64,000 bases of DNA from Podarcis filfolensis (taxonomy: Eukaryota): assembly GCA_964270895.1 (NCBI GenBank), contig OZ185441.1; one strand, 5' to 3'. A model generated the notes under the pieces. The model worked only from the letters and a program-made list of their open reading frames with translations, had not been told where the DNA came from and ran no database searches. Made by a program: the position numbers and the translations under genes. This document shows positions 50,776 to 63,710 of this stretch, piece after piece (position 1 is the stretch's first letter; every line of letters begins with the position of its first letter).

Positions 50776-51017
50776 CAGTGGTACCTCTGGTTAAGAACTT
50801 AATTCATTCTGGAGGTCCGTTTTTAACCTGAAACAGTTCTTAACCTGAGGTACCACTTTAGCTAATGGGGCCTCCCACTGCTGCCACACCGCTGCCGCAC
50901 GATTTCTGTTCGCATCCTGAAGTAAAGTTCTTAACCCGAGGTACTACTACCGGGTTAGCGGACTCTGTAACCTGAAGCGTTTGTAACCCGAAGCGTTTGT
51001 AACCCAAGGTACCACTG
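50776..51017. mobile_element. Tigger/pogo-like MITE, full length, inverted relative to 47020
   Basis: TA-CAGTGGTACCTCTGGTTAAG...CCAAGGTACCACTG-TA. Confidence 0.93.
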
Positions 51018-54000
51018 TATTAAGAAATGTACATAGACAATCACACTTGGCAAACTGTTGCCAGCTTCAGTGGCTCTCTGATTTAGAGCATGGAGAATGT
51101 TTTTGGAAAATCAAGGCACTTCAGTTGACAACAACTTTGGATGCTGACAAACATCCCAGCAGCTGATTTAATTTGATGGAAAGTCTCCTACTTTCCATGG
51201 AATTTAAAGGAGGAGAGGAAAATCTTTAATGGTATATGAAGGGAAACAGCTGCAGTATTTACAGATTATGTTATTGTTATCCAAGGCAATTACCAAGTGT
51301 ATAAAAATAAAATACCAAGACAATTATAACATACTTAAAACATTTTTATATGAGAAATGCTTTTTATTTTATTAATTATTACATTTATATCCTGCCATTC
51401 TTCCCAAAGGAGCCCAGGGCAGCAAGAAGTTAAAATTTAAATATACTACTTTAAATGAATACATTTCTAAACGAAAAGAAAAACATATATATTGTCATTG
51501 CTCTAGAAGAAGATGCTCATATAAAACTCAGTGGGAAGAATTTCACTGACAAGCATAATGTAGAAAAGTCACCCACCTAATTTAAAATAAATGATTAAAC
51601 CTTCTACTTAAGGCCCCCCCCCTTTATCACAGTAATAAATATTTGCTAAAGGAAACAAAAGTCTTGCAGCTCTCTCCTACAATTTCCCAGCACCTAGGCC
51701 TGTAGTCAGAAACCTTGTGGCAAGGGGACCCAAGTGTACGTTGGGAAGAGGGACCTGGTGCAGAATGGACAATGGCTAAAATTCAGTTAGCCTAATATGA
51801 TTCATTCGTTTGTTTAAACAATTTAAACCAAACTTTCATATAAAATATTTCAATGCGCTGTATCACCAAATGTATGATTAAGGCTGGAGTCTATGCCGAT
51901 TAAGTCTGATTCTACGATCTCTGGGAAAGTGTCCCTGGAGCATATAAGATAGTATGAATCTCCCACTCCACAGTTAGAGAGGGAGGTCTACCAATGGAGT
52001 GGGAAGTCTTTCCACAGAGACATCCTCCTTGCAACCATGAAATGGCTCTTCTCCACTGCATCTGCATCTATTCAGAGTATTTATGAAGAGGTAAGAGTCT
52101 TCCTAAGGGGCCTGGGTGCAGCCTGAAGCCTGGAAAGCACCTGAAAAGGTCAGGACAAAAGTCTCTGTGGGAGGCACCAAATAGCACGGAATCAAGTGGA
52201 ATTATCTTAATACACTGTGCTTCTTTGCTACCTTTGGCAGGCGTCTGTAAAAATGATGCAGCTCCACATGTAACAAGAATGGTTCAGCTCTTCACACCGG
52301 CCTCCTGTTGCTTTCCATCAATTCAACATGCTTGATTTTGACAAAAAGCCATAATGAGCCAGAGCTCTGCTACATATGTAACTGACTATACCCTTCTCTA
52401 GCTGCCATTGCAACTGTTATTAATCAAGATCGACAATTTATCCCTAAAGGTGAATTGTGACCAGACAACAAAGACTCACAGAAAGGTGTCCACTTGAGTC
52501 GCAAGCATAGAAATCTTTCCTCAGTCTGAAGACTGTACGGTTTTCCTAATGAAGTATGCAAAGTTCCTCTGTTTGTTCTGCAATTTGGTGCTGAGAGGTT
52601 AAGACAACAGAGATTATGTGAATTGAAATTGAAATAAGGTCTTGTTCCTTGCATCTCACTACAGTAATCTGAATTTTCAGAATAGGAGAACATAAAAATG
52701 TAAATACATTAACAGAAGAATAAAAAATGCCCTATCTGAGCATACAGAGTAACAATTAATCTTCAATGAGTCTGGTCAAATATTTATTGTGTTGAATTTA
52801 AGGGAAATGATTTCTCAGCTTCTCTAGTCATTTTTATCTAGTAGCAGAGTTACTTCAAGAGCCCATTGAGTGGATCTCATTTGGGCTTGGTAAATAGCAC
52901 TTACGGCAGTGGTTTTGCTCGCTTGTTTTTGGAGAAAAAGCACTGCTTCGAGAGTGCTGATGTAGCATAGTGCACAGTATATACTAACAACATTGCAAAA
53001 CTATTTTATGGTCCACAGCAGTGGAAGAGATAAATTCTCCAGATGAAATTAGAGTTCACATGAAAAAGAGTTGGCTAGCTAAAAAGGAATCATTTATTAT
53101 GCAAGTGGCAGCTGCCTGCCTGCCATTTTCTGCCTTCTGTCCACTCTGTGCCTGTTGCTGGGCCCCATAATCCTTTGACATTTTTAGAAGTTAGTTGGAT
53201 TGCAGCCATTAGCATGCAACAACACTGTAACAGTTGTGTTTAGGTCCAAGAGCAGCTTCACAATTAATGTCACAATCTGCTGTGCATGTACAGAAAACAC
53301 TCACCCTGTCTAAGGGCAACCTGTTTTCAGAATCTTTGCTTCAGGATACCAACATCTTGGAGGTGGTAATGGTGTGTCAGCCCTAGAAAGTTTAACAGCA
53401 GTAGGGCTGCATCACCAAGAGGCCATTTTCTTTGTGTGCTGAGTAATGCAAAAGCAGTAATGAGACTGAAAATACTACTGTGATATCTGAAGACACCCTC
53501 ACTTTAGACTTTCAGGTGTTTCTTGAAGCCTTTTTTTGTGTCAACAGACCTTTCCAGTTGATTAGTCAGGCACCTGAATGATTACTTATTTACATTTTCA
53601 GTCATGTTTTATAGTGTACACAGCATTGATATACATTGTGATATAGTGCTATTGAGGTAGTTTTAAAATAATAAAATAAAAAATAAACTGGCCTGCTCTA
53701 CATTTTTAATATCCTGGGTAGCAACATAGTTGCCTGACTGGCAAACGCCTACTAGTGCATGAGGACACAATGGAACATTTTGTTGCAGCTGTCAGTCATA
53801 GTGCTGTAATGCATTATTTCATGATGGAAACTACTTTGGCCTCAAAAATGAGAAATGCATCCTCAATAATGGGCTACCTGGTCACCGCTGCCTGTTTCTC
53901 AATGTTTCTAGCCACCCCACAGATCAAAGGCTGGAGAGAAATGAGGGCCTGAATTCAAGCCTTCTTTCCTCCTCATGGTGTAAGAGTGGAATTATTCTCT

Positions 54001-54330
54001 GCACCCAGTAGACTATCAAAACTGATAGTGCTAATGAACATCTGTTTGGTGCTGCATGTGCTATCTCTCCATAGTTGTGAACCATGTAGGCAGCCCTGGT
54101 CCCGGAAATGATGTGCTCAGCAACCTTTCATGCACCCAGCTACCAGTTCAGCTGGAGATATGTCACTGCCAGTCTGCTTTTATGAGCACGTCACTCTTGC
54201 TAGATTGTGGTGTTCAAGTTCATGGTTTTAATAAAACTCTTTCTTAAGAATTACTAATAAATATTTCCCACTTGCCATTTCTATGGCTTAAGTGTGCATT
54301 TCAAATATTTCACTGCTCTTTTACAAGTAT

Positions 54331-54700
54331 TGTAAACACAGCTAATTGGAGTTTGACAAGACACGACAAATAGGACTGGATCTGGGACATGCATCAAAAT
54401 GCTGACAATAGAAAATGAAGCTATCAATTAAATTTTATGTGCAAGGGTTTATTTAGAAATAACTGAAATGAAAAACTGTGTCATTTGACATATTGAGTGC
54501 TAAGTTACACCTTGACATTTTGCAAACACCAGTGTTAGGTAATCTCCATCTAAATTAACAGCTGGGGCTTCAAAATCTAAAAGCAGCCATGTGTCATTAA
54601 CATCTGTCATCAATAAAGCCCTTCTAATCATGGATCTTCCTGGAGAGATCAAACTGTCTTTTTAAATCTGTTGTTTGGTCTTTCACTACCATAACTGACA
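54331..54700. promoter_or_regulatory. Candidate enhancer: cluster of TGACA (MEIS/TALE) motifs
   Basis: 8 TGACA/TGTCA sites within 54354-54700 plus TGTAAACA at 54331; no repeat hallmarks seen. Confidence 0.4.
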
Positions 54701-55424
54701 GTGCTCATAAAAGTCTACCTTCACTCTTGCCACATCAGCATTTTAGCATCTGCCTATCGCACTGCAACAGTTGCAAAACTGCTAATTTGTGTGTGTGGTG
54801 GGTTTTTCTTTTTTTTAAAGAAATACAATTACTGCTGTTATAGTTTGCATTTGTTAGAATTAAATTAAATATAAGTTTTGGCGCATGGACTTAATCATCC
54901 AAAATGTGATCTGTGTAATGATAGCCAGAACATTTGCTTTATGTTCCTACAAAATTCATTTGAGTTGCTGAATAGTCAGTTAGAGCTTCCATCAACTTAC
55001 TGCAGCACTTTACTCACCAAATATATAGTTCTATAATTTATCACTTTTCAGCTAGCAGGAGTGATACAAAGGCAACCAATCAACACAGAAAGCAAAACAG
55101 TCTCCTTCCTTTCCACTCTCTACAAATATCTCTTCTAGAATCACACTGCACATGGGAGGACTGAAAGCCATTATAAAGCCTACAAGAACAGAATGTTGAT
55201 TCAAACAAACAGGCATCAGTCATTCAATTCTATTTACACTCCATCTTCCTTCCCCACAAACACATACTCTGAATGGTCACAGCATTCAAGAAAAAGGAAT
55301 AGCAACCTTGCAATCCTATGCCTTTTCTGCTATGTTCAGTGAGGCTTACTACCAGGTAACTAGGATTGCCAATTTAAATTTATAGGGTTGAATTCAATGC
55401 AGTGCTAAGTCGGTTATGTATGAG

Positions 55425-55618
55425 CACAAGTTTCCGACAAAACATCAGGAAGAAATTTCTGACAGTAAGAGATGTTCAACAGTGGGTTCTCTTTCTTTGG
55501 AGCTTTATCAGGAGAGGCTGGATGGCCATCTGTCCTGGGTGCTTTAGTTGAGATTCCAGCATTGCAGGGGGTTGGACTAGATGACCCTTGGGGTCCCTTC
55601 CAACTCGACAATTATTTA
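55425..55618 (+). mobile_element. CR1 LINE 3' end
   Basis: FRQNIRKKFLTVRDVQQW followed by the CR1 tail GGTTGGACTAGATGACC...CCCTTCCAACTC. Confidence 0.88.
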
Positions 55619-55777
55619 TGCCCCTCCTCCCCCTGTGCACACTCTAAACATGTTCTGGAGACGGTGATGTTTGTCCCTGCCATGGTTCTGATGGGAATAT
55701 ACAGTAGAAGGTCCCATGTCTACTGTTTAGGAGTAAAAGTTCCCATTGGTGCAAAATGAATTAAAAGAGAAAGCATA

Positions 55778-55890
55778 ATAGAATTGTAGAGTTGGAAGGG
55801 ACCATGAGGATCATCTAGTCCAACCCCCTGCAATGCAGGAATATGCAGCTGTCCCATATGGGGATTGAACCTACAACCTTTGCATCATTA
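55778..55890 (-). mobile_element. tRNA-head/CR1-tail SINE
   Basis: Minus strand B box GGTTCAATCCCC followed by the CR1 3' tail. Confidence 0.8.
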
Positions 55891-55944
55891 AAGCTCCATT
55901 CCCCCACAACATGGGTGTGAGCTGGCTTGCCCCTACCTCTGCAC

Positions 55945-56349
55945 TAGGCATGGGGAAGAAATTCAGTTCTACTCACAAAACTAGGTGCACTTTCTGGAAC
56001 ATGATGCAAGCTGGAAAAAGTACTACCCTATAAAAATCACAAGTCTCCATATTTTGTGATGCAGATTCCAACTAAAAGGAATTAAATGGTGAAAAAATGT
56101 GTATATTAGGGCAAATGGTATACCTTGCTGAAAATAACGCACAAAAACATTATAGTAGGGGGAATTGCTCCCAAAATATGTATATTATGCAAGATTGAAT
56201 ACAAAGGTACTTATTAGCGGAAATGTGGACTAAAATGTGAAGAATTTTGTGAGGACTAATGTAAACTGATGCAGAAATATGGTGAGCTGAACATGAGTTT
56301 TGAAAAATAACTGAGAGCAATTGAAATTGACAGATTCATCCTTTGCTTA
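55945..56349. mobile_element. Decayed AT-rich hAT-like MITE
   Basis: TAGGCATGGGGAAGAAATTC...GAAATTGACAGATTCATCC resembles a recalled lizard family; TSD not found. Confidence 0.45.
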
Positions 56350-59189
56350 AAAAACAACCACCACCAATAACTATGCAAAGCCAAACAATCTAAACAATGA
56401 CACATTTAGTTTGGCCTTTGAGCTACCACAGTCATTGGAAAGGAAAAGGGTGAAATCTTTTAAAAGTAGAAAGGGAAAAGCCACCCCTTCTCACTTCCCA
56501 TCCTGCTTGCAGTGAGAGGAACCCGCCACAGCAGCCAACCCCATCCATAGGATTGCTGTTACTTGGTTTATCACCGTTCTTCACTCTGTGGAGATGCTGC
56601 AGACATCTCTCTGGAAATAATCTGTCATTTAGTTTATTTCAAGGACTGGGAAGGTCAGTGCTATAGCAACATTTTAAGGCTCAAGTCCAGAGTTTTTATT
56701 AGATTGTGCTTTTATTTAATAATACATGCACATGAAATCATTTTATCCAGTATCTAATTTTCATTTTGGGATGTAGAAATTCCCTTACGGGAGATTTTTT
56801 TTTAAAAAAAGACAAAACAAAATGTTCCTACTATATTTGCTTTTTGCCAGGGATGGGGGACATTTGACCCTCACGATATTGGCCTGGTTAAGTGCAACAG
56901 CAGAGATTGTTCTGTGTGTGACAGAAGGATTAATTCTTCTATTAGTAAGTCAGCCAAGGTGGGAGGGCAGAGGTGCTGCTCAGCCATGATCATCACTAAG
57001 GTGGCATGTGTTCTGATTGGCTATGCAGTTCTGAGAGAACTTTTCCTCAGTATGTTTTGTTGGCTGTCTCCCTGCTATGTACAAGGCCTGAACTAAGAAA
57101 GATTATACAAAGTATTTTTGTTTGGTATGCTCAGTAAAGTATTATCAGGATTCTTTCTCTCTGGACTGCATATATATTGTGTAATTTTGCTAACAGGGCC
57201 ATCACATTTTAAAGTCTTGCTGCACCATTCAGAGACCAATTTCTACCTTCATCACCACGTGGTGCCTCTTGACAGATTGCTCCACCCAACTGCGTAGCAG
57301 GGAATGGTACTGTATGCAAGTTTCTTAAGTTTATATGTTCTTGGTGCCTCTGAACATTGTAATGCAGGGGTGAGCACGTGTACCTTCAATTTACAAGACA
57401 TCCGAAACTTAGAATACCAATTCAAGCGAACCAAATTTAAGCAATTTTCCACCCAAAGTAATTCTTAATGAATAAACACTAGATGTGTTTTTTACAACTG
57501 ACAAATCCCAATTCTCGGGACATATTTGGAGGCCTGAATATTAACCACCTATTGAAATTGCTCCTTTCCCCAGCACTTAAAGCCACTCTGCTGAACTAAT
57601 AGTTTCCTGGAGACGTTCTTTTCTTTGTCTCACTTTATTACTTGATTTCTTGCTTTCTGTTCAGATTCTCCTGTAGAGGAACTAATTTGTATGTGTGTGT
57701 ATGATGGAAAGTAGTAAACTGGACTAGCATTTTGCTTCATTTTATTACGTGCAGTGGCACCAAAACTGGCAATACTTTAATCACCTTGTAAGTTTTATGG
57801 CGTGTTCAATTTACAGTTGCATTTCACATTTAAGCATGGCAATAAAGAAAATAGTTAATAATATTTCCTACCAAGCACACTGTTTTTATTCTGGAGAAAT
57901 ATCCCTGGTGCCCAGCTCCTCAGTCTTGCTATCTCCAAATTTCCCCTCCCCTTTTGCATGGGAGGACAGTCATGTAAACACAGCAAATATATAACAGTTC
58001 CAGAATGATGGGAATCCCTCACAAGGTAAAGATGTCAGGCTTATTGAAGGCACAGGGGCAGTGTTTAAATTGATTAAAAAAAACAAAGGCAAGCCTCAGC
58101 CTATCATTGGAACTGTGATAAATTAGATATTTCTTATGCAGGTCCAGCCAAACCCTGCAGCAAGGTTAACTTCCCTATTTCAGACTGCACAACGGGGATA
58201 GGCAGACAGCTGAAGACAGGAATTGGAGTCTAAACAGAGCCATAAAACTTTTACAAGTCTTCCTTCTTGTGTTTCAAAGTGTTGGTGTCTTGGTCTGGGC
58301 CTCTTCTCATGGAGGACCACAAGATAGTTTATTCAGTAGTCTGAGAAAGAGTTTAAAGAAATATCTCTATTTGTGCTACTCGGGGTTTTCTGTTTTCGGA
58401 CAGCTACAACATTTGCCAGAATGTGGTCCAAAGGATTCAGTTTGTACTAAGACTGCTGCACAGCACTGGGATATTCTTTTTCAGTTGGCTTTTCTTATCT
58501 TCAGATGTCTAAAATACCTTTGAAAGAACAAAGAGGTTCTTAATATTCTCTAAAGTTTTTATTGTTCATTAGCTCCCCTTTTAAGCTTGGGACAGTGGAA
58601 ATTTCCAAATTAGTCCAAGCAAAATGTTTGCTGTGTTATCCCTCTCACCTCAGAATAATTGTCTTATCAAAACTAAATGTAAACTTCTAGTGAGGTACTT
58701 GGCTACCTTAATTATTGGCACTCATTCCAATTACATGTTAATTAATTTAGCCTAGCAGGTGTTCCTAGCAACTAAGGAAGAAATGGGCTGTAAAACATAA
58801 TGAAACAATCACTTTTATTATTCTTCCCCCAGCCCCACAACAAGAGAGCTACTTTTAAGGGTGCAAAGGGCTATCTTGAACGTCCAATAACAAGCAGGCC
58901 TTCAACTGTCAGACACGTAACTGTGACAGTCTCTGAGGTAACCAGATACTAAGGAGAATGAAGCCATTATAATGTTAATAGCTGTGTGTGGAAGATGGAA
59001 TTTCAGCAGTTGCTACTTATCAGGTATGAGTAGGAAAACCTGCACTTATTTAAAATGCAACTTCTGCATAACCATTAAGCATACAGGAGCCGCCTGCCAT
59101 TTTATCTTGTTTACTCTTAATATTCTCTGCTATCTGGTTTCAAAGATATTGATTTTTTATATTTAAAGAAATGCAGTATTTTCCTCCAC

Positions 59190-59450
59190 CTAGAATTTTT
59201 GTTTTTGATAAATACAGCCATTATGTGTTATCAGATTTCAAGGCAGTTTATAATGACAGTACAACACATTACAATGCAGAGTAACAGCAGCAGATAAAAC
59301 ACCGTAATAAGTAAAAACATCATAAATTTAAAACAATTGTATGCAAAGAAATCTTTTTACCTGAACAGCAACAATGTCGGTAACATCTCTTTGGGGAGGA
59401 TATTCTGTAGCTGGGGTTTCACAGGTAAACAAGCCTTCTCCCACATTGAA
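59190..59450 (-). mobile_element. Old L2 3' fragment
   Basis: GGGGAGGATATTCTGTAGCTGGGG...AAGCCTTCTC resembles the reversed AFS..AP.LWN.LP region. Confidence 0.45.
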
Positions 59451-60329
59451 ATCTGCCTCACCTCAGAAATGTCCTGCACTAACACCCTTTCTAAGGTGAC
59501 TTTCTTTCAATAATATACCCATTATTTCCTTCAGTCACATTTTATCTCCCCACCCCTTCACAGCCAGTTTATATAAAAAGCAAGCCCTGTGCTCAGGATT
59601 ACAGGTTCAGTAGTCAAGTTGAGGGCTTATTGAAGTCAAGCCACCAGATCCTTATTATTGGATACCAATCCAAAAAACAATACAGTTCCCCACCCCATTT
59701 AAGTTATGTTTGTGGCTGGCTAGAGAAACATTATCAGTATCTGATCATTTTGGTTCCCCAGACTAGTAATCTCAATGGATGCCCTGAATAGCACATACTC
59801 TGTGGGTGCTGTAAGTGAACACACACTCCTTTTACAATATGGGAGGCTGTATATTCCTAAGCAATAATAATAGGTCAGGAAAATAGTAATGAGAATTATA
59901 ACACTTTCTTACAGACCTCCGATGTTTTGTATCCTCTGCCTCTGGACATGTATGCTGTTTTTATTTATCTATTCATATATTTTCTTCAGTCTATGTCAAA
60001 GTTCATTTCATTGTCATTATCACTGTATCTGGGCTTTGACTTTCCTTTTGATTAATGGAAAATATCCCTGGCAAATGTAGTAGCTTAAGGGCTGTAATGA
60101 ATCCATGCTAACCTCCTTCCATGCTAACCTCTTTTTTCTTTCTCTCAAGGTACACATTAAAAACATAGCGATATTAAACTGCAGCACAGCCTTCTCTAAC
60201 GCCTCCTTCTTCAGCAGCCGACTATCTTTTATGCAGTATAGCAGCCTCCTATTCTTGCCACACCTGATCCTGATTGCTAGTGTAACTGTACAAGACCAAA
60301 GGCATTTGCCCCTCCTGCATCATCCAGTC

Positions 60330-60482
60330 CCGGCCATTACAGTCAATCCTGCTCTCCCCCCAACTTTTGAGGAGACTTTAATCTTAAGCAATCCAGGCAG
60401 GCACTTCCCACACATTTTTAATTGTTTTATTATATTTGTAAACCACTTTGAGGGGCTCCCACACACAATCAAGTAGCATATA
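60330..60482 (+). mobile_element. L2-type 3' tail
   Basis: TTTTAATTGTTTTATTATATTTGTAAACCACTTTGAGG...AATCAAGTAGCATATAA. Confidence 0.5.
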
Positions 60483-60575
60483 ACTGTGTGTGCTACAAAC
60501 AGTTCCATCACACTGGCTATGTAATCTTGCCCTTCTTACTATTGGTGTGTTTCATTTCAAATGCATCCCTTACAG

Positions 60576-60711
60576 CAGGCATCCCCAACCTGCAGCCCTC
60601 CAGATGTTTTGGCCTACAATTCCCATGATCCCTAGCTAACAGGACCAGTAGTCAGGGATGTTGGGAATTGTAGTCCAAAACATCTGGAGGGCTGAAGATT
60701 CGGGATGCCTG
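60576..60711. mobile_element. Palindromic hAT (Buster/Charlie-like) MITE
   Basis: CAGGCATCCC...GGGATGCCTG; perfect 8-bp TSD CCTTACAG. Confidence 0.92.
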
Positions 60712-62910
60712 CCTTACAGTGATTCCATTAAAGCTGGTTCTGCCCTTCTTAACTCTTTAATCCAATCCAAACCAGCCTGCCTGACTGTGGGAGCATTATA
60801 GCCAATCTCCCCACCCGCTCCTAACTGCTGAAAGTTTATGACTAGAAGGACCAGCATCCTACTTTTTCAATTTATTATGTTTAGTTTTTAAAGAATGTTT
60901 ACCAAGTGGAGGATGGGGAGGTGTCACTGGCTGTCAGCTTCCTTTTCCTCCTTCCTTTGTAGAATTTGGCAGACAGGAGAATGGGAACAAAACCAATTGG
61001 CTCTGCCTGTCGTTGGCTCAGGAGGCACCTACTGTTGGTTTTTCTGACTTCCACCCCTCCAGGCCTAATAGGAACCAGTCACCACTGCCTTTGCACAAAG
61101 AGATTCATATATTTATAAAGATAACAGGATCGGAAGAATAATGTGAACGGGGCTTGCTGCCACTTTAAAGGCGCTGTGCCTTTAGCAGCCACATGAAATC
61201 AACTGGTGCAGTCTTTCATAGTTCTCCATAGTCTTGCCAGAAAAAAACAACCCCTGTTGATTTCATGCCCACCATGCAGTTATTAAATGAGCAGAGTATG
61301 GATGCCAAGGTAGAAAGAAGCTTGCAGATTAAGATACTCCATTATTATCTTGGAGTGTGTGTGTGCTGCATTATTACACCCATGAAGATTTATGAGCAAT
61401 GAGAAGAATATAATGACAAGCCCCGTATGTTGCATTGGTAGTTAGAAGTTACTTGCTATGTAAATTGCTATTAGTAGCACCTACAGTCCTGAATGATTAT
61501 GTGTCATGATCAATGTTGTGATTGCATCAGCCCTAGTTCTGTTTCTTGTGGCTTCTTCTACACTCCTTTGTTGTTGTCAAGTTGTTTTTGTTTTTGCTGT
61601 AAATTTTAATTTCCTAAAACCTTTACCTTTAGCAGTTTTCCCCATCAGCTTCTTTTATTCTAAACTTTTGTTTCCTTTTCATTCAGTTCAAAGTCCCTTC
61701 AGTTCGATATTAGCTTCTCTAGGTTCCTTTGCATTTCTGAGGCATTGACAAGAAATTCTAACTGTGACTGAACATGGCACTTAAAATTCTGCTTTATTAC
61801 CCATCACAATCCACATGCTCATGGCAAAGACAAAAGGTAGCAGGCAATGCTGACATAGGATGACTGTCTTGCAGCAAATTTCTAACAATGTTACTCAGAG
61901 GTAAGTCTGCTTAGAAATGCAGATGTTCTACAGTTATTAGGAGCTGCCTCTGCTTTATTGTTTATGATGGGGTTTTTTTTTAGAAATGGTGTTTGTTTTG
62001 CTCTTGGTTTCATAACATTAATTGTGTTTCACTGCTTATTTAATGTTTTTAAATTGCCCAGGAATCTGTTCTGATGAGGGGCAGTCCAGGTCTATAAATA
62101 AATAATAATACAATAAATTTTCAACAAGCTGGAAAAAATATCAGTGCATATAACATGCATTGTATGATCCACAAATGGTTTATGCTTCCTTACATGTAAT
62201 TCAATTTAAGTGATATGTTTGTGGATTTGAGCCGTTCTGTACAGTGTCGTTTGAGGCTCTACTGAGTATCAGATCTTGCAAATTGCTCAAATGTGCTTAA
62301 ATCCAGAAGATAAATCTAAGAAATGGAATCTTATGTAAAATCAGAGAGTTACTGAATTTCAAACACATTCCAGATATTGTGTGCTTTTCTTCATAAATAA
62401 GTAACAACTCTATATTCCTGTGTGGTTACATTCATAGGATTTTGACAAGCATCTGCCGAACTTTTTTGTTGATGTGTTTTTTGCATGAGCTAAAAGCTAC
62501 AAAGAATAATTAGCAATAATCATCACAGAAAAAAACCAAGCAACCAGTAGCATGTAAACCCATAGCTAGTAAACCACTTTATGGACCATACTTTTTATGA
62601 AGATCAACTCTGATGATGTCATTGGTACCACATCCTGACCTGCTGGTAACATGTCCACTTAGTTCAGCTTGTTCACTGTCTAGCAGCCTGGTATCTCTGG
62701 AGTCTCATATGCAAAACTTAATGTCAATGACCATTCCCTATTGTTCACACTACAAATTCAGGACTCAGGGGTATATTGCTTCTGTAAATGGTGGTTCATT
62801 TAGATAGATGAACAACAAATTACTGTGTAATAGACCTAAGGTAAAGCTCATCGCCACATTTTTGTGTGTGGCATTACAGCTACCAGTAGTGAATTTGTAC
62901 AGGTGTAACT

Positions 62911-63165
62911 CTGCCAACCTAGCAGTTCGAAAGCACATCAAAGTGCAAGTAGATAAATAGGTACCGCTCCGGCGGGAAGGTAAATGGCATTTCTGTGTGC
63001 TGCTCTGGTTCACCAGAAGTGGCTTAGTCATGCTGGCCACATGACCCGGAAGCTGTCTGCGGACAAACGCCGGTTCCCTCGGCCAATAAAGCGAGATGAG
63101 CGCCGCAACCCCAGAGTCGGTCACGACTGGACCTAATGGTCAGGGGTCCCTTTACCTTTACCTTT
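62911..63165 (+). mobile_element. Sauria SINE, 5'-truncated, with (TTTACC)n tail
   Basis: Body matches the other two copies; TSD TAACTCTG at 62906-62913 and 63165-63172. Confidence 0.93.
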
Positions 63166-63287
63166 AACTCTGTCACCCTGGGCTCCTTCAGGAGGAATGG
63201 CAGAATACAATTTCGCTAAATAAATAATATATGACTGCCTTCTGTGATTCTTATTGCCTGCTTTAAGAACATGTTAAATGATATGGC

Positions 63288-63710
63288 CAGAGCTGGCCTG
63301 AGACATTTTGGCACCTGAGGCAAATGACAAAATGGCAACTCCCCCATCAGGGAAGAAGGGGTGAGTAAAGATATATGCCAGGGTAAGTGAAGATCTACAT
63401 TGGGAATGAGGGAGGAGTAAGATCTATATTTGGGGGAAAGGGGGTGGGAATCAAATAAACCTTACCTGACAAATGAAGTGGGAATCAAAGGCAGGAATGG
63501 GGCCCACTCTGAATCATGTCAGACAGGTACAGACTCCAGGAGACCCCAGAAGGCAGCCCCTGCCATTTCCTCCCTAAGGATGGAAGGAGACCAACAGCGT
63601 GTGGCAGCTGTGGTGGACAATGCATTCCTTGGAGGCTGGATGTGCTGCCCCTTTGGATCCTGCCACCCGAGGCGGCCACCTCACCTTGCCTCATGGGTGG
63701 ACCCACCCTG
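63288..63710. mobile_element. hAT-type non-autonomous element
   Basis: CAGAGCTGGCC...CCCACCCTG ends; TSD GATATGGC/GATCTGGC (7/8). Confidence 0.7.

Noticed and set aside
57253-57380. 12-bp palindrome CACCACGTGGTG and a second CACGTG E-box
   Set aside because: Two short motifs only, possibly within a decayed repeat; not enough to call a regulatory element
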